From Lama glama (taxonomy: Eukaryota), in NCBI GenBank assembly GCA_028534125.1, contig CM052845.1, positions 17,298,001 through 17,362,000 of the forward strand: a stretch of DNA of 64,000 bases. Direction: 5' to 3'. The position numbers were made by a program, and so were the translations under genes. Numbering within the stretch: the stretch's first letter is position 1; each line of letters opens with the position of its first letter. Below, piece after piece: positions 13,198 through 26,340 of this stretch. Below the pieces are notes generated by a model. That model did no database searches and was not told the origin of the DNA. It saw only the letters and a program-made list of their open reading frames with translations.

Positions 13198-14696
13198 AAA
13201 ATAAGCTTTATGCAAAAAAGAATCTGCTCTTAAACTGTATCCTGCTTTGCAAAGGTATCTTGCTGTCCCCTGGGAGTAAGAATGTGCCTACCTTAGCAAA
13301 GACCTACCACGACTTCTAGAGAAGGAGATGAAAGCTAATCCTCTTCTCTGAAGAACCGATAATATTGAAACTTAATTTAATCGGGTGCCCCACCTCCATC
13401 TTACTCTCCCAGTCACCAGACAGCATGTCCACAACTGCCTGAAAGTCTTCAAGACAAAACGTGACACAGGATGTACAGCAGTCTTGCATTTGTACTCGCA
13501 GGTAAGATACACTGCATCCTGCCTGTGGCAAGTGACAGGAACAGCAGTCAGAGGTCTTCTAAAGCAGATGCACAATCTTTTATTTATTATAGACCTTCTT
13601 CTTGTTAAAGCTGTACCATCATTCTATCTCAAAATAATTCCTTATCCTCTGTTTGTTGGAACTATGAAGGTAGAGCCTTTGTAAAAATGTCTCACTGGAG
13701 AAATCTTATTCTTGACTGATCAACCTTAGGACTTAAAAGTACATTTCACTTGACTGAACTACCATCTTCGCCAAACCATACCTGAGTGGCAGGAATACTG
13801 AACAGCCTGGCTTTGGAAATGCTCAGCTTTACACGTAGGTCATATCTTAGGCACAAAATATGGATGTGACCAAAACAAGAAATCTCAAAGCAATTTTAAA
13901 ATAATCGAACTGTGAACAAAGATAATCGAGAGGAAAACCAGCTTTGGGACATAAATGCATTTCCATCATGGTTATATGTTTCCTTTTATTCTCAAGTCAG
14001 ATTTGTCAGAGAAATGATAAAAAAAAAAATCCTTCCACTGAAGAAACAGTTATATTTTAGATAAATATCTTATTTTATTCTTTCAAATTATATTCAAATA
14101 TCATACAGTGTACAAAAATTTGAGTTGCCTCACAAAGCACTCATTTGGTCCACCAAAATGTATTGATATAATTTCTCTCCGACTTCTTTGTTCACGTTGC
14201 AATTGTGGGATAAGAAAATCTCAAGCAAGGGTAGCAAACAGGAAGTTTTACCCACATGAAAATTCCAATGAAAACCAAACCAGCGCCTTCATGTTCTCCC
14301 CAAAGAGGTGAAGTATATTAAATTTTCTTTTAAGCTCACTGGAAAATTTCCATTATGTCCACTTTGATTTATTCTGGGCTATGGATGTGCACATGTTTAT
14401 TTTTATGGTTGGTTATGTCTGTGTTGGCCCAGAAAACAGACCACTGTACTAACGTCAGTGCGAAAAGCACAGAGCTTTGAAGGCTACACCAACTCTGTTT
14501 TTACTGTAACAGCAGCCGGTTAGTATATAAGGTTTGGAGGCATGTGGCGTGGCTGGACCAAAGAACTGTACACCAAGGGAGTACACATTCTTGCAGAGAT
14601 GGTATTTTACCCATTAATTCAAAAAGTTAAAATAAATCTTTTCCCGCATAGATTTGAATGAAATGTTCAAGAATAGCAAATGAAAGGACTTGTGGC

Positions 14697-14830
14697 TTTT
14701 TTTTTTTTTGGTGGGGGGAGGTAGTTAAGTTCGTTTGTTTATTTTTATTTTTAGAGGAGGTGCTGGGGATTGAACCCAGGACCTCGTGCATGTGAAGAAT
14801 GTGCTCTACCACTGAGCTATACCCTCCCCC
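14697..14830 (-). mobile_element. vic-1-type tRNA-Ala-derived SINE (camelid), long form
   Basis: Reverse complement GGGGGAGGGTATAGCTCAGTGGTAGAGC...GAGGTCCTGGGTTCAATCCCCAGCACCTCC, AT-rich linker, ACTACCTCCCCCCACC, poly(A). Confidence 0.88.
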
Positions 14831-16599
14831 TCGACCTGTATTGATATTCCAATAAAGTGAATGAACTGAGCAACTACTGGGTTCTTGAGACCTGCCCATC
14901 ACCTGAACTGAGAGCAGTTCTTGAGCTGCCCTTCATGGAGGGTAGGAAATGCTAACAGGTAGGTGTATGAGGACCAGTGCTCCACACAATTACATGGTTC
15001 TGGTATCCCTTCCATTTATGACCTCTGACCGTTTGTCTTTGTTAATCAATATCTGTCAACTCTGTTTAGCACAGATAAGAAGGGTTACTGTGAAGTGGGT
15101 TGGTGAATAGATAAAGTGGTCTCAACGTGGAAATGGCATTAATGGATCACACCATCCCCTTCCCATCCACTTCCTTATCCACTCCTTAACAAGGTTTCAT
15201 CTCTATTTTGAACTATAATGGATTAAGAAGAAAGAAAAGAATAAATGAATGCCTTTAAATTTTTAACCCCCAAATATCAGAGAAACCAACTCCCCTGTGC
15301 CCAGACATTGAAAGAAATCTTTAGGTTTTATAACAGATAAATGCAAGAGAAATTCACAGCATAAAAGTAATAAAATATGTGACTCAGTGTCTCACTTAAT
15401 ATTCTTACTCATCTGTGGCCCGGAAAAAAAAAAAGGAAAACCATTTTGATAAAACAGATGTTGAATGGTCTCAGTGGAAAATGATTGAAGACTTGCACCA
15501 TGTAATTATTATAAAATACCACACATCTGGTACAAAGTTTGGCCTTAAATCAAAAGTCATTTAGGACAAAATGAGCCAGGAGACTTCTGGCCCCATGAAA
15601 GTCTGAGCTTGGAGTTTATAGCATGATTTCAACTTTAAGTTCTCTTGACCAAATTTAATTTATTTCATGACTGAACGGCAAGTTTCTCCAAACCACCAAA
15701 CAAATAATTAGGATATTAAAAGGGGACTGTGAGCTATGATTTCAAAGAAAATATAGCAATGTAAAATTATACAAAGCAACCTAGCTCCATGGGAAAAAAT
15801 AATGAAAGTTATGTAGACCGTTTACAAACGACCTTTTCATTCATGAAAAGCTAAGGTCTCAAAGGAACACTGGAATAACTTGCATATGAGTTTATCACTA
15901 ATCCATCACCAGGAAAAAAACTGCAAGCTGAGAGAGGACCCGCTAATGTATTCTGAATCCACTGGAGCAGAAGCAGGAATGTTCTGGCTGTAATATTTCT
16001 CTCCATCGTTGCAGCCATCTGCCTGTCATGGGTCACATACACGACGTGCCATCAGCAGAGAGCTGCTCCGCATTTGTATTTATCAAAAGTCAAATCTCGA
16101 AGCTGGTAATGCCTTGTTTTCTTTCTACCTCGCAAGCGCAGTGTAAGTCCTAAATTAATCTGATAAATAAAAATCGCAGGATGCTACCACGTAACCCCTT
16201 CTCAGTCAACAACTCTCAGAGGAAGCTGTGATTTTAGACCCGAAAAAAGAAAAACTTTCGGAAGCCAAGTGAGACTGGTAAGAATGAATCTGAACACTCT
16301 TGGAGCTCCCTTAGTTAGAAAAATAGAGCTTAAAAAATATGTTTGTGTCGTGAATTTTTTTAAGATTCATTTCAAATACACGGTTCTGCTATTTATCATA
16401 CTTTGTTAGGCTGCTGGATTGTTACAAGTTTATCCATCTTCTCAATTTCATTTTTCTCATCCACAAAGATGTTTTATCTTAAAAATAACTTTAATGTTAT
16501 ATGTAATATGCCAGCTTCACAATATCAACAGTACTTGGAAATAAATGAAATGTGCCTTATTTAGCCAACACACAGTGTTTTATCAATATGCAAACAGAA

Positions 16600-16923
16600 N
16601 NNNNNNNNNNNNNNNNNNNNNNNNNNNNNNNNNNNNNNNNNNNNNNNNNNNNNNNNNNNNNNNNNNNNNNNNNNNNNNNNNNNNNNNNNNNNNNNNNNNN
16701 NNNNNNNNNNNNNNNNNNNNNNNNNNNNNNNNNNNNNNNNNNNNNNNNNNNNNNNNNNNNNNNNNNNNNNNNNNNNNNNNNNNNNNNNNNNNNNNNNNNN
16801 NNNNNNNNNNNNNNNNNNNNNNNNNNNNNNNNNNNNNNNNNNNNNNNNNNNNNNNNNNNNNNNNNNNNNNNNNNNNNNNNNNNNNNNNNNNNNNNNNNNN
16901 NNNNNNNNNNNNNNNNNNNNNNN
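16600..16923. other. Assembly gap (N run)
   Basis: 324 N. Confidence 1.
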
Positions 16924-17423
16924 TGAAACGTTAAACATTACATAAGATCTCTAACGTGTAACCAAAAAAGGTTTTTTGAGACAGAAAATAAAAGAAAATA
17001 TTTTCAATATCTTAACCGCTGTCTCCTCTTTCCCCCAAGACGCACAAGTAAAATAGGTAATGGCCTTTGAAACCGGACTTTAGTTTTTAAAACAGCAAAT
17101 GAGGAATGCTGGTTAATTCAGACATTTCACTACCAAGATGCTACACCTAGAGGCATATTTACAGTGGTTGCAAACACAGGCTATCTGAGACCCTTTTACT
17201 GCTGTCAGGTGAAGTGACAGATTGTCAGAGACTCACTCGCCATAAACTTCACCTTCACAACAATAACACGTTGTATAAAAACCTGCAAACTGGCAGGCGA
17301 GCGATGATCTTACTGCACGGCAGTTTGGGGTACATTTTCCATCTCCTATGAAGGTTATAGCAGAAACTGAACGAGTAGTGCGTTTTGCCGCTCAAATGGG
17401 CCATGGCATAATGCAGAGATTGC

Positions 17424-17439
17424 GGGGGGGGGGGGGGGG
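17424..17439 (+). repeat. Poly-G run (16 G)
   Basis: Read directly. Confidence 0.9.
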
Positions 17440-18126
17440 AGACGTGTTTTGTCACCGTCTGGAGGAGCAAGCAGATTTGCCAGTTTTTCTTCTGACCAGG
17501 TAGTGGAGATATCACCAATCGCTGGTGCCAAGAAAACGCACAGCTCATTTTCACACGCAAAAATACATACTTGTAAGCACACTGTACCCGTTACGGGAGC
17601 ACGCTGCTGACTGTCCTGGCAAGATGCTAATGCAGAGGGAGCCACAGCCACCAGCCTCTGCAGCTGCTTTCACTCTATTTGCACTTCTAAGGAAATGCTT
17701 AATGTGTTGGGAATTCAGTTGGGAGGTTCAATGAAGAAAAAAGTCTTGACTATTTTAAAGATGAGGGGAAAAAAAAAAAAGACCAGCTTAAATATTCTGA
17801 AACAGTGTCTCCACTCATTCCCATCCAAAATACTTTACCGAAAACATTTACTCATAGGACTCACATTTTAACCAAGGTGTGAATTTGGCATTTGATGTCT
17901 CCTCATTCCTTTAGGTCCCTCGTAGCTATTACAGGTTGTGTGCAGTGGTTTATCAGCTCATTAGACAACGCACCTGAAAGCTGAGATGGTTGTCCTCAAG
18001 TGCCCAGGGTGGCTCACGAGCCTGACAGGGCCTGTGTTCACCATCACAAAACCAAGCCCGGGACTGTGCATGGTGTAAACACAAGTAGGCAATCAATAGA
18101 TACTTGCTGGATTACGCTGAGTGAGT

Positions 18127-18170
18127 TGAACTGAACTGAACTGAACTGAACTGAATTGAATTGAATTGAA
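18127..18170 (+). repeat. Compound pentanucleotide microsatellite (TGAAC)5(TGAAT)3 at an L2 tail
   Basis: Read directly; preceded by the L2-terminus-like GTAGGCAATCAATAGATACTTGCTGG. Confidence 0.85.
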
Positions 18171-18966
18171 GTGTGGGCAAATCTCCATTTTAACTTCCAA
18201 ATGATAGGCCAAGCCTTTGGACTTACTCTGTCTAAGACCCAATTGTTGTTTTGTTCTAAGAGGAACCTACCAAATGCTTTCTGATGCTAATGGAATGACT
18301 TCTCCCCTTAAAGAAAGAAACCTAGCTCTGGCCACAGGTGTATCTTGTTGAATTGGCTATTACCTAAATAAAAAATGCAAAATGTAACGTTTGAACTTTC
18401 CTCCAACTATCCATGGCTTTGCCAACCACATTTCGAGTCTTCACCCACCAAGTATGTAGACTTTATTCAAATTCTCTTTGCCCGGGTTTGTTCCCAGGGA
18501 CTCAGGACAGTGGGACACAACTAAGTATGAGACACTTTCACGTCCCTGTCCCTTTGATTTGCCTCTGTGATTGTCAGTCAAGTTGAAGTCAGTTAGTGCT
18601 AACTGGGTCATAAGTCAACAACCACTGAATTTCTACCATGTGCAGTGTATGACAGCACCACCGAGAGAGAGGAATATGCAACGGAGAGTTGGGCAATTGT
18701 CTGGTAAACTCAACAATCCTAGAACAGGTGTGTGTGTGTGTGTGGGGGTGTCCCCCTGGCCCTGCCCCACCCCTGCCTTCCTTCTCCCCAGAGCAATGGG
18801 CATATGACCCAAAGCTAATGCCTGTCTGGGATCTAGAATCAATCTCATCCTCAGTTAAAAAAAAAAAAAAAACAGAAGAAAACAACTCAATGTGCTCTAC
18901 TTTCAAACATAGAGGGTTCAGCGACAAGCTCCCTCCATAGGTCTGACCTTGTTTCACTTTACAGTA

Positions 18967-19411
18967 AAGGCAGACCCCCTTTTCCTGCATTCTGCTTTAT
19001 TGCATTTTTTACAGATTGAAGGTCTGTGGCCACCCTGCCAGGAGAAGGTCTACCGGCACCATTTTCCCAGCAGCATTTGGTGTTTCTGTGTCACATTTTG
19101 GTCCTTCTCTCCATGTTTCAAACCTTTTCATTATTATTATGTTTGTTATGGTGATCTGTGATCAGTGATCTTAGAGGTCACTACTGTCATTGTTTTGGCA
19201 TTTTTTTTTAGTAAATACAGCATTTAAACATTAAAGGTATGTACATTTTTTAGACATAACGCTATTGTGCACACACCAGACTACAGTATAACATAAACAT
19301 ACCTTCTATCTGCACAGGGGAAACCAAAAATTCATACGGCTCGCTTTATTGCCATATTCGTTGTATGCAGTTGTCCTGACCCGAACCCGCACAATCTCTG
19401 AGGTCTGCCTC
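18967..19411 (+). mobile_element. Internally deleted Tigger1 (Tigger1a_Art-like) Tc1/mariner DNA transposon
   Basis: Tigger1 left-end sequence (TTTTTACAGATTGAAGGTCTGTGGC...TGTCACATTTTGGT...GGTGATCTGTGATCAGTGATCTT) fused to right end (TTTTTAGACATAACGCTATTG...GAAACCAAAAATTC...ATCTCTGAGGTCTGCCT); TIR remnants flanked by TA at 18965-66 and 19412-13. Confidence 0.88.
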
Positions 19412-19668
19412 TAAGCGGGCTTTCGCCATGCTCTTGAGACAAAGGGTCCCTGTGAGTGAATTTCTATTGGCAAGGAATGTCCATTGCACTGGTGTCCGCA
19501 GGACTAAGAGTCCTCCTCTAGTACTGAATCCCGCACTTCCTTCAAACAGAACTAGAAACCGCGCGCGTGGGTTACCGCACGGAAGCACTAAATGAAGTCA
19601 CCGCTGGGCCTGGCGTGTCATTCCACCTGATAATTATGAGCCAGCAGAGGAAGCAGAGCAAACCGGCG

Positions 19669-19830
19669 CAGTGGTTCTCAAAGTGTGGTCCCCAGGGCGG
19701 CAGCGGCTGCCAGTTCTGAAGCCCCCGACCCCCACCCCCCAAGACCTACCGAATCCGAGACTCAGGGGATGGGCTCAGCTTTAACATCCCTCCAGGGGAT
19801 TCACAAGCTCACTGAAGTTTGAGCACATTG
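19669..19830 (+). mobile_element. MER5A (hAT-Charlie) relic
   Basis: Starts CAGTGGTTCTCAAAGTGTGGTCCC, contains AGACCTACCGAATCCGAGACTC and TTTAACATCCCTCCAGGGGATTC, ends AAGTTTGAGCACATTG. Confidence 0.82.
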
Positions 19831-19849
19831 TTTGGGGTCAGATTTTGTG

Positions 19850-20030
19850 AGAGATGCCTGTGTTTGATTTCCAGCCTCACTACTTGCTACCGTGGTGCCC
19901 TGGGCAGGCGCTGTTCTAACCTTTCATAGCCTTGGGCGAGTCATCTGTAAATGGAGTTAAAATGCACATCGCCGAGTCAGAACAAGCGCTTCACGTGGTC
20001 CCCGGCACACAGTCAGTGCTCAGCTGTGCT
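19850..20030 (+). mobile_element. MIR SINE
   Basis: CACTACTTGCTACCGTGGTGCCCTGGGCAGG...TCATCTGTAAATGG...GGCACACAGTCAGTGCTCAG. Confidence 0.65.
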
Positions 20031-20529
20031 GTCCACTCCCGGGCCCTCCATTCACTACCTTGCTCTGCTCTCCCACCATTACCCACCATGACCTCTTATT
20101 TGAAATTTTTAATATCTAAACTACTTGTTACCTGTCTTCACTTTCTGCTCACATTTTTTTTTTCTCGAATTGAGTCAGGGTCTCAGTGGGTCTCAATTCC
20201 AGTCCAGAGCCACCTAGATTTCCCCCTTCCTTACACAGTTAACTCCTCTTCATTCCTAACACACAACAACGTGTACAGTTGTATTTGACTCCACATGTGA
20301 TTTCAGGATTCCTTTCTTTTTAATCAATCTCGTGGTTTTTCATTTGTATACTGACTGGAAAGATGTGTTTCTTTTATAAAATTCAACCCAGTCGAGGTTG
20401 GATTCAAAGGAAGTCATAGACAAATACAAAATCTTTTTTATTAACAAGATCTAAAAAAAGGATTTACAGGAAACCCATAATCGATCGGCAATAATTTATG
20501 TCAGCTAAAAATGCATGATAATTGTAAGT

Positions 20530-20752
20530 CTCGCTATTTTTGCGTGCTTACCTCAGGCCAGCTCCTGCCATTTTATTTCAGAGTCACAACTATCTTGTGA
20601 AGTAGATGGTGTTAGCCCCATTATTAGGGATAAAAAAACCCCGAGGCATAGGGGTTTTTAGTAAACCAGATGACAGTCTCACAGCCGGAAGTGGCAGAGA
20701 TAGAATTCAAATTCAGGGCTGTCTGACTCCAAACACTGTACTGTTTTTACTG
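20530..20752 (-). mobile_element. MIR SINE
   Basis: CCCCATTATTAGGGATAAAAAAACCCCGAGGC...CACAGCCGGAAGTGGCAGAG...GAATTCAAATTCAGG...TCTGACTCCAAA. Confidence 0.7.
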
Positions 20753-21938
20753 CTTCTAGAAATATAGGCTTCATCGTAATAGTGAACTTGCACTTAGACC
20801 CCCATGCTCCACAAAGATGCAGAAAACTGGATGGGAGCCAGAGAGAAATCCAGGTGATGAAAGGAACAGAACCAATGAGTAATGAGAAAATGAGAGAAAT
20901 CCAAATGTGCTCAGGGTGAAGAAGAAAGTGAAATATGACATAACTGTTTATGGAGCAAAATGGAATTATTATCATGATTGAAAACAGCATAATCTAGGGA
21001 AAGAGAACGAGATGTTTCTAGGAAAAGAAACTTTGGGGCAAATTCTTCTCCTTCCCTAACCACCTCGAAACAGTTTTACTTTGAAGAAACTTCTGGATTT
21101 TAGCAACTGTAGAAAGGAATGAAAAACGATCACCTGGGGGCATTTCAGACAATCCAGACACATATGAAATAAAATAATTCTGCACAGGCAGAGAGAAACC
21201 GAATGACCTCGTGGTTCTTGTCAAACTTTAATTTTTATGTTTTTATAAATAACACATTTTTTATTTTTAAAAAGTATAGGCATTTATCCTTCAAGCCTCT
21301 TGGGGCTCTTGGCTAAATAATGCATTTTTATCCTTGAATGTTTTCATTTCCCTTTTAACAGGCACGGGATATAAGCAACCCCCCAAATGCATAAAGAAAG
21401 CAACAACTAAACTAAATATTTTAAGCATAATATCTCAGGCAAAAGGAGGTTTGACTATTCTTGCTCTAATTAGACTTACTAGACAGTGCATTAATTTAGT
21501 ATTTTTATTCTGCATATTTAGCCATGAGGGTCTAATGGTACCCAAATGATTTTTATTTTTGAATCCTGTATGAATTAATACTCCCCTCAAAGCATTTTGA
21601 ATCTTTTAAATTTTACTTTGATTTCTGTGCTAACAAACGGTGGTGGTGCTACCATGTTGGAAGTTTCTAGCCAACTCTGCTAATGGGTTAATTTTCTGAA
21701 AGAACCGGGCGGTAGAGGAGGCCCAATGTTATTCTTCAAATGCTTACTACACCCATTTGTCTCAGAAGTGTCATATCAGGGACGAATCAATGTGTTAGGA
21801 ATGGTCTCATAATATTGTTGAGGGATTAATCTCCCAGCCTAGATCAGCAGCACGATCATCTTTGGCATTCCGTGTGCGCACAGGTCCATTTGAAGCTTGA
21901 AAAGCCTTCTAATGCCAAACTCTGAGACCCCATATATT

Positions 21939-22086
21939 NNNNNNNNNNNNNNNNNNNNNNNNNNNNNNNNNNNNNNNNNNNNNNNNNNNNNNNNNNNNNN
22001 NNNNNNNNNNNNNNNNNNNNNNNNNNNNNNNNNNNNNNNNNNNNNNNNNNNNNNNNNNNNNNNNNNNNNNNNNNNNNNNNNNNNNN
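21939..22086. other. Assembly gap (N run)
   Basis: 148 N. Confidence 1.
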
Positions 22087-24129
22087 TCCAATATTCCTAT
22101 CACTTCTCCTCAGTCTGGGAATTGTAGATTGATCAATGCCACGTTAGCAAATACTTGAAAGGAGAGCTGGGAATTTCGGCCAGCCATTGTTTGTGCTTTA
22201 AGAATATTCTGGTTCAATTTAGTTTAGCTGAAGTCTAAAACCAAGAACTCCTAATTAAAAATCAATTTAATTCTCTAGACAACATTTTCAAGCAACTGGG
22301 GGAAGGGATGGTATAAAATAATCCAGGTCAATGAAAAATGAAATACATAAACAAATAAAACAAAAAAACTTAGAGCTTCATGCCTCAAGCTTACATAGAA
22401 TTCTTTGAAATTATATAGCTCTCCAATGCAACAAAACTGAACTTCAGCTATTAAGAGGCTAAATTCCACCGCAAGTCATTGGTTGATTGCTTATTACCAC
22501 ATCATGTGGGCAAGTGATCTTACGTTTTTCACAAGCTAAGTAGTCAACCCGATGTATATGTGGTCAGTGCTCATTTATACAGCATTTTGCTTCTGTATGC
22601 ATGTATGTTTCAATTGTGCAAGGTTAGTTTTGTTTTTATAGTTAAGTGGAGGTGGGGAGTAGAGATGGGCTAGATAAATGTGCCTTTCTCTGCTGCTAAT
22701 AAAATCCCCATAATACAAAACATTCTCAGATTTCTTCCCCAGAGAAATGAATATAAAGTAGGCAGCAAGCGAAACCGGTGGGTTGTTCTAGAAGAAGTTA
22801 CAGGCCAAGCATGGCTCTTGTAGAGATCTCAGGTGCATTGGTGACCTCCCGAGTAACTACATTGCAGGTTTTGAAATAGCCTAAGCGTGGTGCCTTTTTT
22901 ATTGTATTAACTAAATTTTGTTTGGAATCACCATGTGCTACCCACAAACTATTCTTCCCTGGAATTACAATTATAAAATTGTAATTTTTCTCTGCCCTAG
23001 CTTGTGGTTTCTGGTCAGTGAATAAGAACTCTAAATGACTCGCATGTCATAATATAAAGCTGGCCCCATTTCAGTTGGTATCTATTATACCCAATGGTTT
23101 TGAGATACGGAAGGAAACTTAATGCATACTAGAGCTATCATTATTATTATGAACATGCCTGCGATCCTCCGTGATAAAGTGTCATTGACTTCCTGCCAAC
23201 TCTCATGGATTGGTGACATTTTGTTAACCAGTCTACTGAAAAAATCTATAACAGGATATTAGATGGTATTTAAAAATAATATCAAAGCAAGGGATCAAGT
23301 GAAAGGAATCTTGTACCTTAAAAAATGATAAATGCGAAGTTCGTTAGCTATGTTTGTCAACGTCTACTGTGTATAATCGAATTATTGTATTTATTATGAT
23401 ATTCTAAGGTAAGAAATTGTCTTTTTGGCAGCATACATTAGATCAGTACAATAATCATTTCTAGATTTTGATTATATAATATTTGCACACTTTTCTAACC
23501 ACCTCATTTTCTTTAACTCTCTAATTTTCTATATGTTATTATTTTCTTGCTTTTCGTTTTACTTTTATGTATGTCTACAGATGCAAATATTTACAGCTTG
23601 TGAATAGAGGCAGGACCGTTCATAGCATCTTGCTTTTTTGTTTTTAAAACAGTATTAATCCATCAAGTTTTTATTGAAACAATACGACCCTCTTAGATGA
23701 CAGGTAATATTGAAGTAAACACTCTCTTTCCTAATGACTTGTCAACAAGTGCAGGAAAATAAGTAGGAAGAGGATTCAGATGTAAAGGTTTAAGTAAACT
23801 AATGTGTCACTCAAAAGGACGTTTTCTGTTAGTTATTTTTAATGATGTGCTGAGTAGATACGGTGATGGGAATGGATCTCATTAGGGGGAGACACTCTGA
23901 TGCTGTCTTTTATCCCACCAAGACAAATAAATGTTATTTATTATTCTTTACTGTTTCTTTTCCCACTGGATCTTTAACTTCAGTCTACACAGATTCTCAC
24001 AAATCTCACCAATCCTTAACATAAATGTCTCTCCTACTTAGTTCCTTTCCTTTCAATTTTACACCCCAGATAGTGATTCTCATTTACTACTCAGCTTCTT
24101 TTAAAAACCGCCAGGACAGCTTCTTGTAG

Positions 24130-24470
24130 TTTTCCATTGCTTCCTCACTCACCTCCTGCATTTTGAAGATACACGTCCTCAAGAAATTAATGTCTCTGTT
24201 AATCTGGGTAAAAACGTACTCTTTCATCTGTCTCCATTTCTCTACTGTTCCTCACCTGTCTCCTTTTCTATTTCCACCCCTCCCTCCAAATGCAGGTCTT
24301 CCTCTAGATTTGGTGGCCCTCTCCTCTGTCTCCTTCCTTCTGCTCTCAGGAACCACCCCCCTCCCCAATCCCCAGAGCGATAACTCACGGCCCCACAGCT
24401 GCATAGGTCATCCTATGTCTGCATTTACAATCCCAGTCTCTCTCCTGAGCACTAGCTCTGTTTTTCGAAA
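24130..24470 (+). mobile_element. L2 LINE fragment
   Basis: CCAAATGCAGGTCTTCCTCTAG...GGCCCTCTCCTC...TCCCAGTCTCTCTCCTGAGCAC; pyrimidine-rich sense L2 pattern. Confidence 0.5.
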
Positions 24471-25589
24471 AAGTGCTGGTTCTGGATCAGTGGCCGGACG
24501 AACCACGTAGCCAAACACATACGTCAAGTTACATGTAATTAAATCCATTACAGTTGCCATTGGGCGGTGAGCTTATTATTTATTTCATCTTGCGGAAATG
24601 ATCTCAAGTTGGGTGGTAAAGCGAAAGACGGTGAGTGAATCAACATTTACTGTTTCACAGTTAAAGCCATTCAACAGATTTCAGTTTTTCCCCTCTCCCC
24701 AGTGATACCAGACGTGTTAATGCCTCTTATTAATTACCTCAACCCTGTATGGGAGAGCAGGTGGCTACAATGACATAGAGCAGCCTTGAGGAAGAATTAC
24801 CCTTAACTATTTAAGTCCCATAGCCCTTATGCCAGAACTGTGATTTCTCAGAAACTTGCGGTGAAAGAACATGAGATAAAATAGCCATCCAGCTTGGTAT
24901 ACCAGTAGCTGGAGAATACTTGCGGTTGAATTATAAGTACAGTGAACTAAAAGCAGGGAAAACTCTAGTCAGATCTCAGTCTCCAGAGCATCTCTTCTAA
25001 AATTGAGGAACAAAACGTTTAAGCAGTTTCTTCAGCTTATGTCTAAAATTGCGTTAAATTAAATATTATGCCGTATATTCCCATCACATTTCAAACATAA
25101 TTTTTTTGGTCTATTTTGCAGAGAAAGAAGCCAATTATAAGAACGATAAGTTAAGAAACATAAAGGAAATTTCTATTGTATTAGTCAATAAACACGTATT
25201 AAATGCCAACTGTATGCAGGGAGCTGCCAATTACTTCTTTAATGTAGAGACCCCTATTCATTTACCCCTGTTGTTGAGAGACAGAGTAAGCGGTGAATAC
25301 AGCACACTGGACTTGACCTTTGAATAAAAGATGCTACAAGCTAAATAATCATTAAAGGCCATTAAATTCACTGAGCCTGCTCAGTTACTGAAAATGAATG
25401 TTGCCTTTTAATTGTGCATTAGTCTAGGTAGTGAGGCAACCTGACTGCACCATCATTTCTAACAGCTCTGTGGCGGTGTTACCATGATGGAGGCCTCCAG
25501 GAGCAGAAGCCAGTGTCTTATGTGACTGTGTCTATCGCGTGCTGAACAGGGGGCATCCAACAAGTCTTAGATGAGAGAAATATATAAGT

Positions 25590-25835
25590 GGAGCGAGTCC
25601 TGTTGGACGGTTAGGACATCTGGATTTGATTTTAACCTCTGAGATCTAATAGATACACAACTTTGTACAAGTTAATTAACTTCTCTAGGAATCAGCTTCC
25701 TCACCCCTCAAAGAAGACTCTTCTCCTCCTTAGACTTGGGCATGGTCATGAGCTTCGTGTGATGATCAAATAATACAAAGGAAAGTCTCTGTAAGTGGAA
25801 GAGCTCACAAAGGCAGACGTTATTTTTATTATTAG
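25590..25835 (+). mobile_element. MIR SINE (degraded)
   Basis: CATCTGGATTTGA...CAAGTTAATTAACTTCTCTAGGAATCAGCTTCCTCAC...GTTATTTTTATTATT. Confidence 0.55.
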
Positions 25836-25994
25836 TCTAACATGAACGCCTTGAAAAGTAATTCATTTTCTATGTTATAATAAATTTCACAAAATTATAA
25901 AAACATCATCAAATAATAATATGTAATTAAGAAAGGAACAAGAAACATGGGGAAGATGGGTTAGCCCATGGAATTAACAGCTATGCGTTTAAAT

Positions 25995-26340
25995 TTTATT
26001 GCATGAAATAAGCATCTGCCTTCGGCAGGTTACTGTGCTGGGCTCTATGGGAATCACCAGGATACGATGGCAGTGGACATCGTGGCATCCTGGTCCAATT
26101 CTGGGGAAAAGTTAAGTCATCTTCCTATAAAGTATGATCTGTTAAGTGTCATAAAAAGGTCAAAGAAGGCTGATGTGGTAGCCACGTTGATGAGGATCAT
26201 TAAAAGCCTTCTGGGGAAAGAAAAGTCATTTTTGAGATAGTCTATAATCATGGGCAAGATTTTGAAGGGGAAGAGGCATAAAAACAGGAGTGAGCTTCAG
26301 GCTGAACGAATCGTGGGAGGGAAGGAGCAGACGTGAGAGA
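25995..26340 (-). mobile_element. L2 LINE fragment
   Basis: AAGCATCTGCC...ACTGTGCTGGGCTCT...AAAGCCTTCTGGGGAAAG; purine-rich antisense L2 pattern. Confidence 0.5.
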
